Shown here: positions 10,201 through 22,200 of the stretch, piece by piece
How positions within the stretch are numbered: the first letter of the stretch is position 1
Layout: each line of letters starts with the position of its first letter
Source: Mobula hypostoma
Lineage: Eukaryota
Assembly: GCF_963921235.1 (NCBI RefSeq)
Contig: NW_026948143.1
Span: 124,001-169,845 of the forward strand
Direction: 5' to 3'
DNA length: 45,845 bases
Program-made: the position numbers and the translations under genes
The notes under the pieces: generated by a model
The model's database searches: none
Told to the model about the DNA's origin: nothing
What the model saw: the letters and a program-made list of their open reading frames with translations, nothing else

Positions 10201-13200
10201 AGTGCTGTGAGATGTCTCTGTATGTGAGGGAGTGCTGTGGGATGTCTGTGTGTTTGAGGGAGTGCTGTGGGATGTCTGTGTGTGTGAGGGAGTGCTGTGT
10301 GATGTCTCTGCATGTGAGGGACTGCTGTGGGATGTCTCTGTGTGTGAGGGAGTGCTGTGGGATGTCTGTGTGTGTGAGGGAGTGCTGTGAGATGTCTCTG
10401 CATGTGAGGGACTGCTGTGGGATGTCTCTGTGTGTGAGGGAGTGCTGTGGGATGTCTGTGTGTGTGAGGGAGTGCTGTGAGATGTCTCTGCATGTGAGGG
10501 ACTGCTGTGGGATGTCTCTGTGTGTGAGGGAGTGCTGTGGGATGTCTGTGTGTGTGAGGGAGTGCTGTGAGATGCCTGTGCATGTGAGGGAGTGTTGTGG
10601 GATGTCTGTGTGTGTGAGGGAGTGCTGTGCGGTGTCTCTGTGTTTGAGGGAGTGCTCTGGGGTGTCTGTGTGTGAGGGAGTGCTGTGGGATGTCTGTGTG
10701 TGTGAGGGAGTGCTGTGGGATGTCTCTGTGTGTGAGGGAGTGCTGTGGGATGTCTGTGTGTGTGAGGGAGTGCTGTGAGATGTCTCTGTGTGTGAGGGAG
10801 TGCTGTGGGATGTCTGTGTGTGTGAGGGAGTGCTGTGGGATACCTGTGTGTTCGAGGGAGTGCTGTGGGATGTCTCTGTATGTGAGGGAGTACTGTGCGG
10901 TGTCTCTGTGTTTGAGGGAGTGCTGTGAGATGTCTGTGTGTGTGAAGGAGTGCTGTGGGATGTCTGTCTGTGTGAGGGAGTGCTGTGAGAAGTCTGTGTG
11001 TGTGAGGGAGTGCTGTGGGATGTCTGTGTGTGTGAGGGAGTGCTGTGGGATGTCTGTGTGTGTGAGGGAGTGCTGTGCACTGTTTGTGTGTGTGAGGGAG
11101 AGCTGTGAGATGTCTGTGCATGTGAGGGAGTGTTGTGGGATGTCTGTGTGTGTCAGGGAGTGTTGTGGGATGTCTGTGTGTGTGAGGGAGTGCTGTGTGG
11201 TGTCTCTGTGTTTGAGGGAGTGCTCTGGGGTGTCTGTGTGTGAGGGAGTGCTGTGGGATGTCTCTGTGTGTGAGGGAGTGCTCTGGGATGTGTGTGTGTG
11301 TGAGGGAGTGCTGTGAGATGTCTGTGCGTGTGAGGGAGTGTTGTGGGATGTCTGTGTGTGTGAGGGAGTGCTGTGGGACGTCTGTGTGTGTGAGGGAGTG
11401 CTGTAGGATGTCTGTGTGTGTGAGGGAGTGCTGTGGACTGTTTGTGTGTGTGAGGGAGTGCTGTGAGATGTCTGTGCATGTGAGGGACTGTTGTGGGATG
11501 TCTGTGTGTGTCAGGGAGTGTTGTGGGATGTCTGTGCGTGTGAGGGAGTGTTGTGGGATGTCTGTGTGTGTGAGGGAGTGCTGTGCGGTGTCTCTGTGTT
11601 TGAGGGAGTGCTCTGGGGTGTCTGTGTGTGAGGGAGTGCTGTGGGATGTCTGTGTGTTTGAGGGAGTGCTGTGAGATGTCTCTGTATGTGAGGGAGTGCT
11701 GTGGGATGTCTGTGTGTGTGAGGGAGTGCTGTGAGATGTCTGTGCATGTGAGGGAGTACTGTGGGATGTCTCTGTGTGTGAGGGAGTGCTGTGGGATGTG
11801 TGTGTGTGTGAGGGAGTGCTGTGAGATGTCTGTGCATGTGAGGGAGTGTTGTGGGATGTCTGTGTGTGTGAGGGAGTGCTGTGCGGTGTCTCTGTGTTTG
11901 AGGGAGTGCTCTGGGGTGTCTGTGTGTGAGGGAGTGCTGTGAGATGTCTGTGTGTGTGAGGGAGTGTTGTGAGATGTCTGTGCGTGTGAGGGAGTGTTGT
12001 GGGATGTCTGTGTGTGTGAGGGAGTGCTGTGGGACGTCTGTGTGTGTGAGGGAGTGCTGTGGGATGTCTGTGTGTGTGAGGGAGTGCTGTGGACTGTTTG
12101 TGGGTGTGAGGGAGTGCTGTGAGATGTCTGTGCATGTGAGGGACTGTTGTGGGATGTCTGTGTGTGTCAGGGAGTGTTGTGGGATGTCTGTGTGTGTGAG
12201 GGAGTGTTGTGGGATGTTTGTGTGTGTGAGGGAGTGCTGTGGGACGACTGTGTGTGTGAGGGAGTGCTGTGGGATGTCTGTGCATGTGAGGGAGTGCTGT
12301 GAGATGTCTGTGTGTGAGGGACTGCTGTGGGATGTCTGTGTCTGTGAGGGAGTGCTGTGAGATGTCTCTGTATGTGAGGGAGTGATGTGGGATGTCTGTG
12401 TGTGTGAGGGAGTGCTGTGGGATGTCTGTGTGTGTGAGGGAGTGTTGTGGGATGTCTGTGTGTGTGAGGGAGTGCTGTGGGATGACTGTGTGTGTGAGGG
12501 AGTGCTTTAGGATGTCTGTGCGTGTGAGGGAGTGCTGTGAGATGTCTGTGTGTGAGGGACTGCTGTGGGATGTCTGTGTGTGTGAGGGAGTGCTATGGGA
12601 TGTCTGTGTGTTTGAGGGGGTGCTGTGAGATGTCTCTGTATGTGAGGGAGTGCTGTTGGATGTCTGTGTGTGTGAGGGAGTGCTGTGGACTGTTTGTGTG
12701 TGTGAGGGAGTGCTGTGAGATGTCTCTGCATGTGAGGGAGTGTTGTGGGATGTCTGTGTGTGTGAGGGAGTGCTGTGAGATGTCTGTGCATGTGAGGGAG
12801 AGTTGTGGGATGGCTGTGTGTGTGAGGGAGTGCTGTGCGGTGTCTCTGTGTTTGAGGGAGTGCTGTGAGATGTCTGTGTGTGTGAGCGAGTGCTGTGGGA
12901 TGTCTGTGTGTTTGAGGGAGCGCTGTGGGATGTCTCTCTCTGTGAGGGAGTGCTGTGGGATGTCTGTGCATGTGAGGGAGTGCTGTGAGATGTCTCTGTA
13001 TGTGAGGGAGTGCTGTGGGATGACTGTGTGTGTGACGGAGTGCTGTGGAATGTCTGTGCGTGTGAGGGAGTGCTGTGAGATGTCCGTGTGTGTGAGGGAG
13101 TGCTGTGAGATATCTGTGTGTGTGAGGGAGTGCTGTGAGATGTCTGTGTGTGAGGGAGTGCTGTGGGGTGTCTGTGTGTGTGAGGGAGTGCTGTGAGATG

Positions 13201-16200
13201 TCTGTGTGTGAGGGACTGCTGTGGGATCTGTGTGTGTGTCAGGGAGTGCTGTGCGATGTCTGTGTGTGTGAGGGAGTGTTGTGGGATATCTGTGTGTTTG
13301 AGGGAGTGCTGTGCGATGTCTGTGTGTGTGAGGGAGTGTTGTGGGATGTCTGTGTGTTTGAGGGAGTGCTGTGCGATGTCTGTGTGTGTGAGGGAGTGTT
13401 GTGGGATGTTTGTGTGTGTGAGGGAGTGCAGTGGAATGTCTGAGTGTGTGAGGGAGTGCTGTGCGATGTCTGTGTGTGTGAGGGAGTGTTGTGGGATGTT
13501 TGTGTGTGTGAGGGAGTGCTGTGGGATGACTGTGTGTGTGAACGAGTGCTGTGGGATGTCTGTGCGTGTGAGGGAGTGCTGTGAGATGTCTGTGTGTGAG
13601 GGACTGCTGTGGGATGTCTGTGTGTGTGAGGGAGTGCTGTGGGATGTCTGTGTGTGTGAGGGAGTGTTGTGGGATGTTTGTGTGTGTGAGGGAGTGCTGT
13701 GGGATGACTGTGTGTGTGAGGGAGAGCTATGGGATGTCTGTGCGTGTGAGGGAGTGCTGTGAGATGTCTGTGTGTGAGGGATGTCTGTGTGTGTGAGGGA
13801 GTGCTATGGGATGTCTGTGTGTTTGAGGGGGTGCTGTGAGATGTCTCTGTATGTGAGGGAGTGCTGTGGGATGTCTGTGTGTGTGAGGGAGTGCTGTGGA
13901 CTGTTTGTGTGTGTGAGGGAGTGCTGTGAGATGTCTCTGCATGTGAGGGAGTGTTGTGGGATGTCTGTGTGTGTGAGGGAGTGCTGTGCGGTGTCTCTGT
14001 GTTCGAGGGTGTGCTGTGGGATGTCTCTGTATGTGAGGGAGTACTGTGCGGTGTCTCTGTGTTTGAGGGAGTGCTGTGAGATGTCTGTGTGTGTGAGGGA
14101 GTGCTCTGGGATGTCTGTGTGTGTGAGGGAGTGCTGTGAGATGTCTGTGTAAGTGAGGGAGTGTTGTGGGATGTCTGTGTGTGTGAGGGAGTGCTGTGCG
14201 GTGTCTCTGTGTTTGAGGGAGTGCTCTGAGGTGTCTGTGTGTGTGATGGAGTGCTGTGGGATACCTGCGTGTTCGAGGGAGTGCTGTGGGATGTCTCTGT
14301 ATGGGAGGGAGTACTGTGCGGTGTCTCTGTGTGTGAGGGAGTGCTGTGAGATGTCTTTGTGTCTGAGGGAGTACTGTGGGATGTGTCTGTGTGTGAGAGA
14401 GTGCTGTGGGATGTCTTTGTGTGTGAGGGAGTTCTGTGGGATGTTTCTGTGTGTGAGGGAGTGCTGTGGGATGTCTGTGTGTTTGAGGGAGTGCTGTGGG
14501 ATTTCTCTCTATGTGAGGGAGTGCTGTGGGATGTCTGTGTGTGTGAGGGAGTGCTGTGAGATGTCTCTGTATGTGAGGGAGTGCTGTGGGATGTCAATGT
14601 GTGTGAGGGAGTGATGTGCGGTGTCTCTGTGTTTGAGGGAGTGCTGTGGGATGTCTCTGTATGTGAGGGAGTGCTGTGGGATGGCTCTCTATGTGAGGGA
14701 GTGCTGTGAGATGTCTGTGTGTGTGAGGGGGTGCTGTGAGATGTCTCTGTATGTGAGGGTGTGCTGTGGGATATCTGTGTGTGTGAGGGAGTGCTGTGAG
14801 ATGTCTGTGTGTGTGAGGGTGGGCTGTGGGATGTCTCTGTGTGTGAGGAAGTGTTGTGGGATGTCTGTGTGTGTGAGGGAGTGCTGTGAGATGTCTGTGT
14901 GTGTGAGGGAGTGCTGTGGGATGTCTGTGTGTGTGAGGGAGTGCTGTGGGATATCTGTGTGTTCGAGGGAATGCTGTGGGATGTCTGCCTGTGTGAGGGA
15001 GTGCTGTGCGATGTCTCTCTATGTGAGGGGGTGCTGTGGGATGTCTATGTGTGTGAGGGAGTGTTGAGGGATGTCTGTGTGTGTGAGGGAGTGCGGTGGG
15101 ATGTCTGTGCTTGTGAAGGAGTGCTGTGAGATGTCTGTTTGTGTGAGGGAGCCTGTGGGATGTCTCTGTGTTTGAGGGAGTGCTGTGGGACGTCTGTGCA
15201 TGTGAGGGAGTGCTGTGAGATGTCTGTGTGTGTGAGGGAGTGCTGTGAGATGTGTGTGTGTATGTGAGGGAGTGCTGTGAGATGTCTGTATGTGTGTGGG
15301 AGTGCGGTGAGATGTCTGAGTGTGTGAGGGAGTGCTGTGGACTGTTTGTGTGTGTGAGGGAGTGCTGTGAGATGTCTGTGAGTTTGAGGGAGTGCTGTGC
15401 GATGTCTGTGTGTGTGCAGGAGTGTTGTGGGATCTTTGTGTGTGTGAGGGAGTGCTGTGGGATGACTGTGTGTGTGAGGGAGTGCTGTGGGATGTCTGTG
15501 AGTGTGAGGGATTGCTGTGAGATATCTGTGTGTGTGAGGGAGTTCTGTGGGATATCTCTGTGTGTGAGGGAGTGCTGTGGGATGTCTGTGTGTGTGAGGG
15601 AGTGCTGTGAGATGTCTCTGTATGTGAGGGAGTGCTGTGGGATGTCAATGTGTGTGACGGAGTTCTGTGGGATATCTCTGTGTGTGAGGGAGTGCTGTGG
15701 GATGTCTGTGTGTGTGAGGGAGTTCTGTGGGATGTTTGTGTGTGTGAGGGAGTGCTGTGGGACGTCTGTGTGTGTGGGGGAGTGTTGAGGGATGTCTGTG
15801 TGTGTGAGGGAGTGCTGTGGGACGCCTGTGTGTGTGAGGGAGTGCTGTGGGATGTCTGTGTCTGTGAGCGAGTACTGTGGGACATCTGTGTGTGTGAGGG
15901 AGTGCTGTGGGATATCTGTGTGTTCGAGGGAGTGCTGTGGGATGTCTGTGTGTGTGAGGGAGTGCTGTGGGATGTTTGTGTGTGTGAGGGAGTGCTGTGA
16001 GATGTCTGTGTGTGTGAGGGAGTGCTGTGGGATGTCTCTGTATGTGAGGAAGTGCTGTGTGATGTCTGTGTGTGTGAGGGAGTGCTGTGGGATGTCTGTG
16101 TGTGTGTGTGGGAGTGCTGTGGGATGTCTGTGTGTGTGAGGGAGTGCTGTCAGATGTCTGTGTGTGTGAGGGAGTGCTGTGAGATGTCTGTGTGTGTCAG

Positions 16201-19200
16201 GGAGTTCTGTGGACTGATTGTGTATGTGAGGGAGTGCTGTGGGATGTCTGTGTGTTTGAGGGAGTGCTGTGGGATGTCTCTGTATGTGAGGGAGTGCTGT
16301 GGGATGTCAATGTGTGTGAGGGAGTGATGTGCGGTGTCTCTGTGTTTGAGGGAGTGCTGTGGGATGTCTCTGTATGTGAGGGAGTGCTGTGGGATGGCTC
16401 TCTATGTGAGGGAGTGCTGTGAGATGTCTGTGTGTGTGAGGGAGTGCTGTGAGATGTCTCTGTATGTGAGGGTGTGCTGTGGGATATCTGTGTGTGTGAG
16501 GGAGTGCTGTGAGATGTCTGTGTGTGTGAGGGTGGGCTGTGGGATGTCTCTGTGTGTGAGGAAGTGTTGTGGGATGTCTGTGTGTGTGAGGGAGTGCTGT
16601 GGGATATCTGTGTGTTCGAGGGAATGCTGTGGGATGTCTGCGTGTGTGAGGGAGTGCTGTGCGATGTCTCTCTATGTGAGGGGGTGCTGTGGGATGTCTA
16701 TATGTGTGAGGGAGTGTTGAGGGATGTCTGTGTGTTTGAGGGAGTGCTGTGAGATGTCTCTGTATGTGAGGGAGTGCTGTGGGATGTCTGTGTGTTTGAG
16801 GGAGTACTGTTGACTGTTTGTGTGTGTGAGGGAGTGCTGTGAGATGTCTCTGCATGTGAGGGAGTGTTGTGGGATGTCTGTGTGTGTGAGGGAGTGCTGT
16901 GAGATGTCTGTGCATGTGAGGGAGTGCTGTGGGATGTCTCTGTGTGTGAGGTAGTGCTGTGGGATGTGTGTGTGTGTGAGGGAGTGCTGTGAGATGTCTG
17001 TGCATGTGAGGGAGTGTTGTGGGATGTCTGTGTGTGTGAGGGAGTGCTGTGCGGTGTCTCTGTGTTTGAGGGAGTGCTCTGGGGTGTCTGTGTGTGAGGG
17101 AGTGCTCTGAGATGTCTGTGTGTGTGAGGGAGTGCTGTGGGATACATGTGTGTTCGAGGGAGTGCTGTGGGATGTCTCTGTATGTGAGGGAGTACTGTGC
17201 TGTGTCTCTGTGTTTGAGGGAGTGCTGTGAGATGTCTGTGTGTGTGAGGGAGTGCTGTGGGATGTCTGTCTGTGTGAGGGACTGCTGTGAGAAGTCTGTG
17301 TGTGTGAGGGAGTGCTGTGGGATGTCTGTGTGTGTGAGGGAGTGATGTGGGATGTCTGTGTGTGTGAGGGAGTGCTGTGGACTGTTTGTGTGTGTGAGGG
17401 AGTGCTGTGAGATGCCTGTGCATGTGAGGGAGTGTTGTGGGATGTCTGTGTGTGTCAGTGAGTGTTGTGGGATGTCTGTGTGTGTGAGGGAGTGCTGTGT
17501 GGTGTCTCTGTGTTTGAGGGAGTGCTGTGAGATGTCTCTGTGCATGTGAGGGAGTGTTGTGGGATGTCTGTGTGTGAGGGAGTGCTGTGCGGTGTCTCTG
17601 TGTTTGAGGGAGTGCACTGGGGTGTCTGTGTGTGAGGGAGTGCTGTGGGATGTCTGTGTGTGTGAGGGAGTGCTGTGAGATGTCTCTGTGTGTGAGGGAG
17701 TGCTGTGGGATGTCTCTCTGTGTGAAGGAGTGCTGTGGGATACCTGTGTGTGTGAGGGAGTGCTGTGGGATGTCTCTGTGTGTGAGGGAGTGCTGTGGGA
17801 TGTCTGTGTGTGTGAGGGAGTGCTGTGGGATGTCTGTGTGTGTGAGGGAGTGCTGTGGGATGTCTGTGTGTGTGAGGGAGTGCTGTGGGATGTCTGTGTG
17901 TGTGAGGGAGTGCTGTGGGATGTCTCTGTGTGTGAGGGAGTGCTGTGGGATGTCTGTGTGTGTGAGGGAGTGCTGTGGGATGTCTGTGTGTGTTGTGAGG
18001 GAGTGTGCTGTGGGATGTCTGTGTGTGTGAGGGAGTGCTGTGGGATGTCTGTGTGTGTGAGGGAGATGTCTGTGTGTGTGAGGGAGTGCTGTCTCTGTGT
18101 GTGTGAGGGAGTGCTGTGGGATGTCTCTCTATGTGTGTGGTATGTCTGTGTGTGTGAGGGAGTGCTGTGAGATGTGTGTGTGTGTGAGGCTGTGGGATCT
18201 GTGTGCTGAGGGAGTGCTGGATGTCTCTCTATGTGAGGGGGTGTGTGGATGTCTGTGTGTGTGAGGGAGTGCTGTGAGATGTGTGTGTGTGTGAGTGAGT
18301 GCTGTGGGATGTCTCTGTATGTGAGGGAGTGCTGTGGGATGTCTGTGTGTGTGAGGGAGTGCTGTGGGATGTCTCTGTGTGTGAGGGAGTGCTGTGAAAT
18401 GTCTGTGCGTGTGAGGGAGTGCTGTGGGATGTGTGTGTGTGTGAGGGAGTGCTGTGGGATGTCTGTGTGAGGGAGTGCTGTGGGATGTCTGTGTGTGTGA
18501 GGGAGTGCTGTGGGATGTCTGTGTGTGTGAGGGAGTGCTGTGAGATGTCTGTGTGTGTGAGGGAGTGCTGTGGGATGTCTGTGTGTGTGAGGGAGTGCTG
18601 TGGGAGTCTGTGTGTGTGAGGGAGTGCTGTGGGATGTCTGTGGGATGTTTGTGTGTGTGTGAGGGAGTGCTGTGGGATGTCTGTGTGTGTGAGGGAGTGC
18701 TGTGGGATGTCTGTGTGTGTGAGGGAGTGCTGTGAGATGTCTGTGTGTGTGAGGGAGTGTTGTGGGTTGTCTGCGTGTGTGAGGGAGTGCTGTGGGATGT
18801 CTGTGTGTGTGAGGGAGTGCTGTGGGATGTCTGTGTGTGTGAGGGAGTGTTCTGTGGATGTTTGTGTGTGTGAGGGAGTGCTGTGGGATGACTGTGTGTG
18901 TGAGGGAGTGCTGTGGGATGTCTGTGTGTGTGAGGGAGTGCTGTGGGATGTCTCTGTGTGTGAGGGAGTGCTGTGGGATGTCTGTGTGTGTGAGGGAGTG
19001 CTGTGGGATGTCTGTGTGTGTGAGGGAGTGCTGTGGGATGTCTCTGTGTGTGAGGGAGTGCTGTGGGATGTCTGTGTGTGTGAGGGAGTGCTGTGGGATG
19101 TCTGTGTGTGTGAGGGAGTGCTGTGGGATGTCTGTGTGTGTGAGGGAGTGCTGTGGGATGTCTGTGTGTGTGAGGGAGTGCTGTGAGGGAGTGATGTCTC

Positions 19201-22200
19201 TGTGTGTGAGGGAGTGCTGTGGGATGTCTGTGTGTGTGAGGGAGTGCTGTGGGATGTCTGTGTGTGTGAGGGAGTGCTGTGGGATGTCTGTGTGTGTGAG
19301 GGAGTGCTGTGGGATGTCTGTGTGTGTGAGGGAGTGCTGTGGGATGTCTGTGTGTGTGAGGGTGTGTTGTGGGATGTTCTGTGTGTGTGAGGGAGTGCTG
19401 TGGGATGTCTGTGTGTGTGAGGGAGTGCTGTGGGATGTCTGTGTGTGTGAGGGAGTGCTGTGGGATGTCTGTGTGTGAGGGACTGCTGTGGGATGTCTGT
19501 GTGTGTGAGGGAGTGCTGTGGGATGTCTGTGTGTGTGAGGGAGTGCTGTGGGATGTCTGTGTGTGTGAGGGAGTGCTGTGGGATGTCTGTGTGTGTGAGG
19601 GAGTGCTGTGAGATGTCTGTGTGTGTGAGGGAGTGCTGTGGGATGTCTGTGCGTGTGAGGGAGTGCTGTGAGATGTCTGTGTGTGAGGGACTGCTGTGGG
19701 ATGTCTGTATGTGTGAGGGAGTGCTGTGGGATGTCTGTGTGTGTGAGGGAGTGCTGTGGGATGTCTCTGTGTGTGAGGGAGTTGCTGTGGGATGTCTGTG
19801 TGTGTGAGGGAGTGCTGTGAGATGTCTGTGTGTGTGAGGGAGTGCTGTGGGATGTCTGTGTGTGTGAGGGAGTGCTGTGGGATGTCTGTGTGTGTGAGGG
19901 AGTGCTGTGGGATGTCTGTGTGTGTGAGGGAGTGCTGTGGGATGTCTGTGTGTGTGAGGGAGTGCTGTGAGATGTCTGTGTGTGTGAGGGAGTGCTGTGG
20001 GATGTCTGTGTGTGTGAGGGAGTGCTGTGGGATGTCTGTGTGTTGTGAGGGAGTGCTGTGGGATGTCTGTGTGTGTGAGGGAGTGCTGGGATGTGTGTGT
20101 TGTGAGGGAGTGCTGTGGGATGTCTGTGTGTGTGAGGGAGTGCTGTGGGATGTCTTGTGGATTGTGTGTCTGTATGTTGAGGGAGTGTGTGAGGGAGTCT
20201 GTGTGTGTGTGCTGTGGGATGTCTGTGTGTGTGAGGGAGTGCTGTGGGATGTCTGTGTGTGTGAGGGAGTGCTGTGAGATGTCTGTGTGTGTGAGGGAGT
20301 GCTGTGGGATGTCTGTGTGTGTGAGGGAGTGCTGTGGGATGTCTGTGTGTGTGAGGGAGTGCTGTGGGATGTCTGTGTGTGTGAGGGAGTGCTGTGGGAT
20401 GTCTGTGTGTGTGAGGGAGTGCTGTGGGATGTCTGTGTGTGTGAGGGAGTGCTGTGGGATGTCTGTGTGTGTGAGGGAGTGCTGTGGGATGTCTGTGTGT
20501 GTGAGGGAGTGCTGTGGGATGTCTGTGTGTGTGAGGGAGTGCTGTGGGATGTCTGTGTGTGTGAGGGAGTGCTGTGGGATGTCTGTGTGTGTGAGGGAGT
20601 GCTGTGGGATGTCTGTGTGTGTGAGGGAGTGCTGTGGGATGTCTGTGTGTGTGAGGGAGTGCATGTCTGTGTGTGTGAGGGAGTGCTGTGGGATGTCTGT
20701 GTGTGTGAGGGAGTGCTGTGGGATGTCTGTGTGTGTGAGGGAGTGCTGTGGGATGTCTGTGTGTGTGAGGGAGTGCTGTGGGATGTCTGTGTGTGTGAGG
20801 GAGTGCTGTGGGATGTCTGTGTGTGTGAGGGAGTGCTGTGAGATGTCTGTGTGTGTGAGGGAGTGCTGTGGGATGTCTGTGTGTGTGAGGGAGTGCTGTG
20901 CGATGTCTGTGTGTGTGAGGGAGTGCTGTGGGATGTCTGTGTGTGTGAGGGAGTGCTGTGGGATGTCTGTGTGTGTGAGGGAGTGCTGTGGGATGTCTGT
21001 GTGTGTGAGGGAGTGCTGTGGGATGTCTGTGTGTGTGAGGGAGTGCTGTGGGATGTCTGTGTGTGTGAGGGAGTGCTGTGGGATGTCTGTGTGTGTGAGG
21101 GAGTGCTGTGAGATGTCTGTGTGTGTGAGGGAGTGCTGTGGGATGTCTGTGTGTGTGAGGGAGTTCTGTGGGATGTCTGTGTGTGTGAGGGAGTGCTGTG
21201 GGATGTCTGTGCGTGTGAGGGATTGCTGAGAGATGTCTGTGGGTGTGAGGGAGTGCTGTGAGGTGTCTGTGTGTGAGGGACTGCTGTGGGATATCTGTGT
21301 GTGTGAGGGGGTGCTGTGGGATTTCTGTGTGTGTGAGGGTGTGCTGTGAGATGTCTGTGTGTGTGAGGGATTGCTGTGGGATGTCTCTCTATGTGAGGGG
21401 GTGCTGTGGGATGTCTGTGTGTGTGAGGGAGTGTTGAGGGATGTCTGTGTGTGTGAGGGAGTGCTGTGGGAAGTCTGTGTGTTTGAGGGAGTGCTTTGGG
21501 ATGTCTGTGTGTGTGAGGGAGTGCTGTGAGATGTCTCTGTATGTGAGGGAGTGCTGTGGGATGTCTATGTGTGTGAGGGAGTGTTGTGGGATGTTTGTGT
21601 GTGTGAGGGAGTGCTGTGGGATGACTGTGCGTGTGAGGGAGTGCTGTGAGATGTCTGTGTGTGAGGGACTGCTGTGGGATGTCTGTATGTGTGAGGGAGT
21701 TCTGTGGGATGTCTGTGTGTGTGAGGGAGTGCTGTGCTGAGAGATGTCTGTGGGTGTGAGGGAGTGCTGTGAGGTGTCTGTGTGTGAGGGACTGCTGTGG
21801 GATATCTGTGTGTGTGAGGGGGTGCTGTGGGATTTCTGTGTGTGTGAGGGTGTGCTGTGAGATGTCTGTGTGTGTGAGGGATTGCTGTGGGATGTCTCTC
21901 TATGTGAGGGGGTGCTGTGGGATGTCTGTGTGTGTGAGGGAGTGCTGTGGGATGTCTGTGTGTGTGAGGGAGTGCTGTGGGATGTCTGTGTGTTTGAGGG
22001 AGTGCTTTGGGATGTCTGTGTGTGTGAGGGAGTGCTGTGGACTGTCCGTGTATGTGAGGGAGTGCTCTGGGATGACTGTGTGTGTGAGGGAGTGCTGTGG
22101 GATGTCTGTGTCTGTGAGGGAGTGTTGAGGGATGTCTGTGTGTGTGAGGGAGTGCTGTGAGATGTCTGTGTGTGTGAGGGAGTGCTGTGGGATGTCTGTG

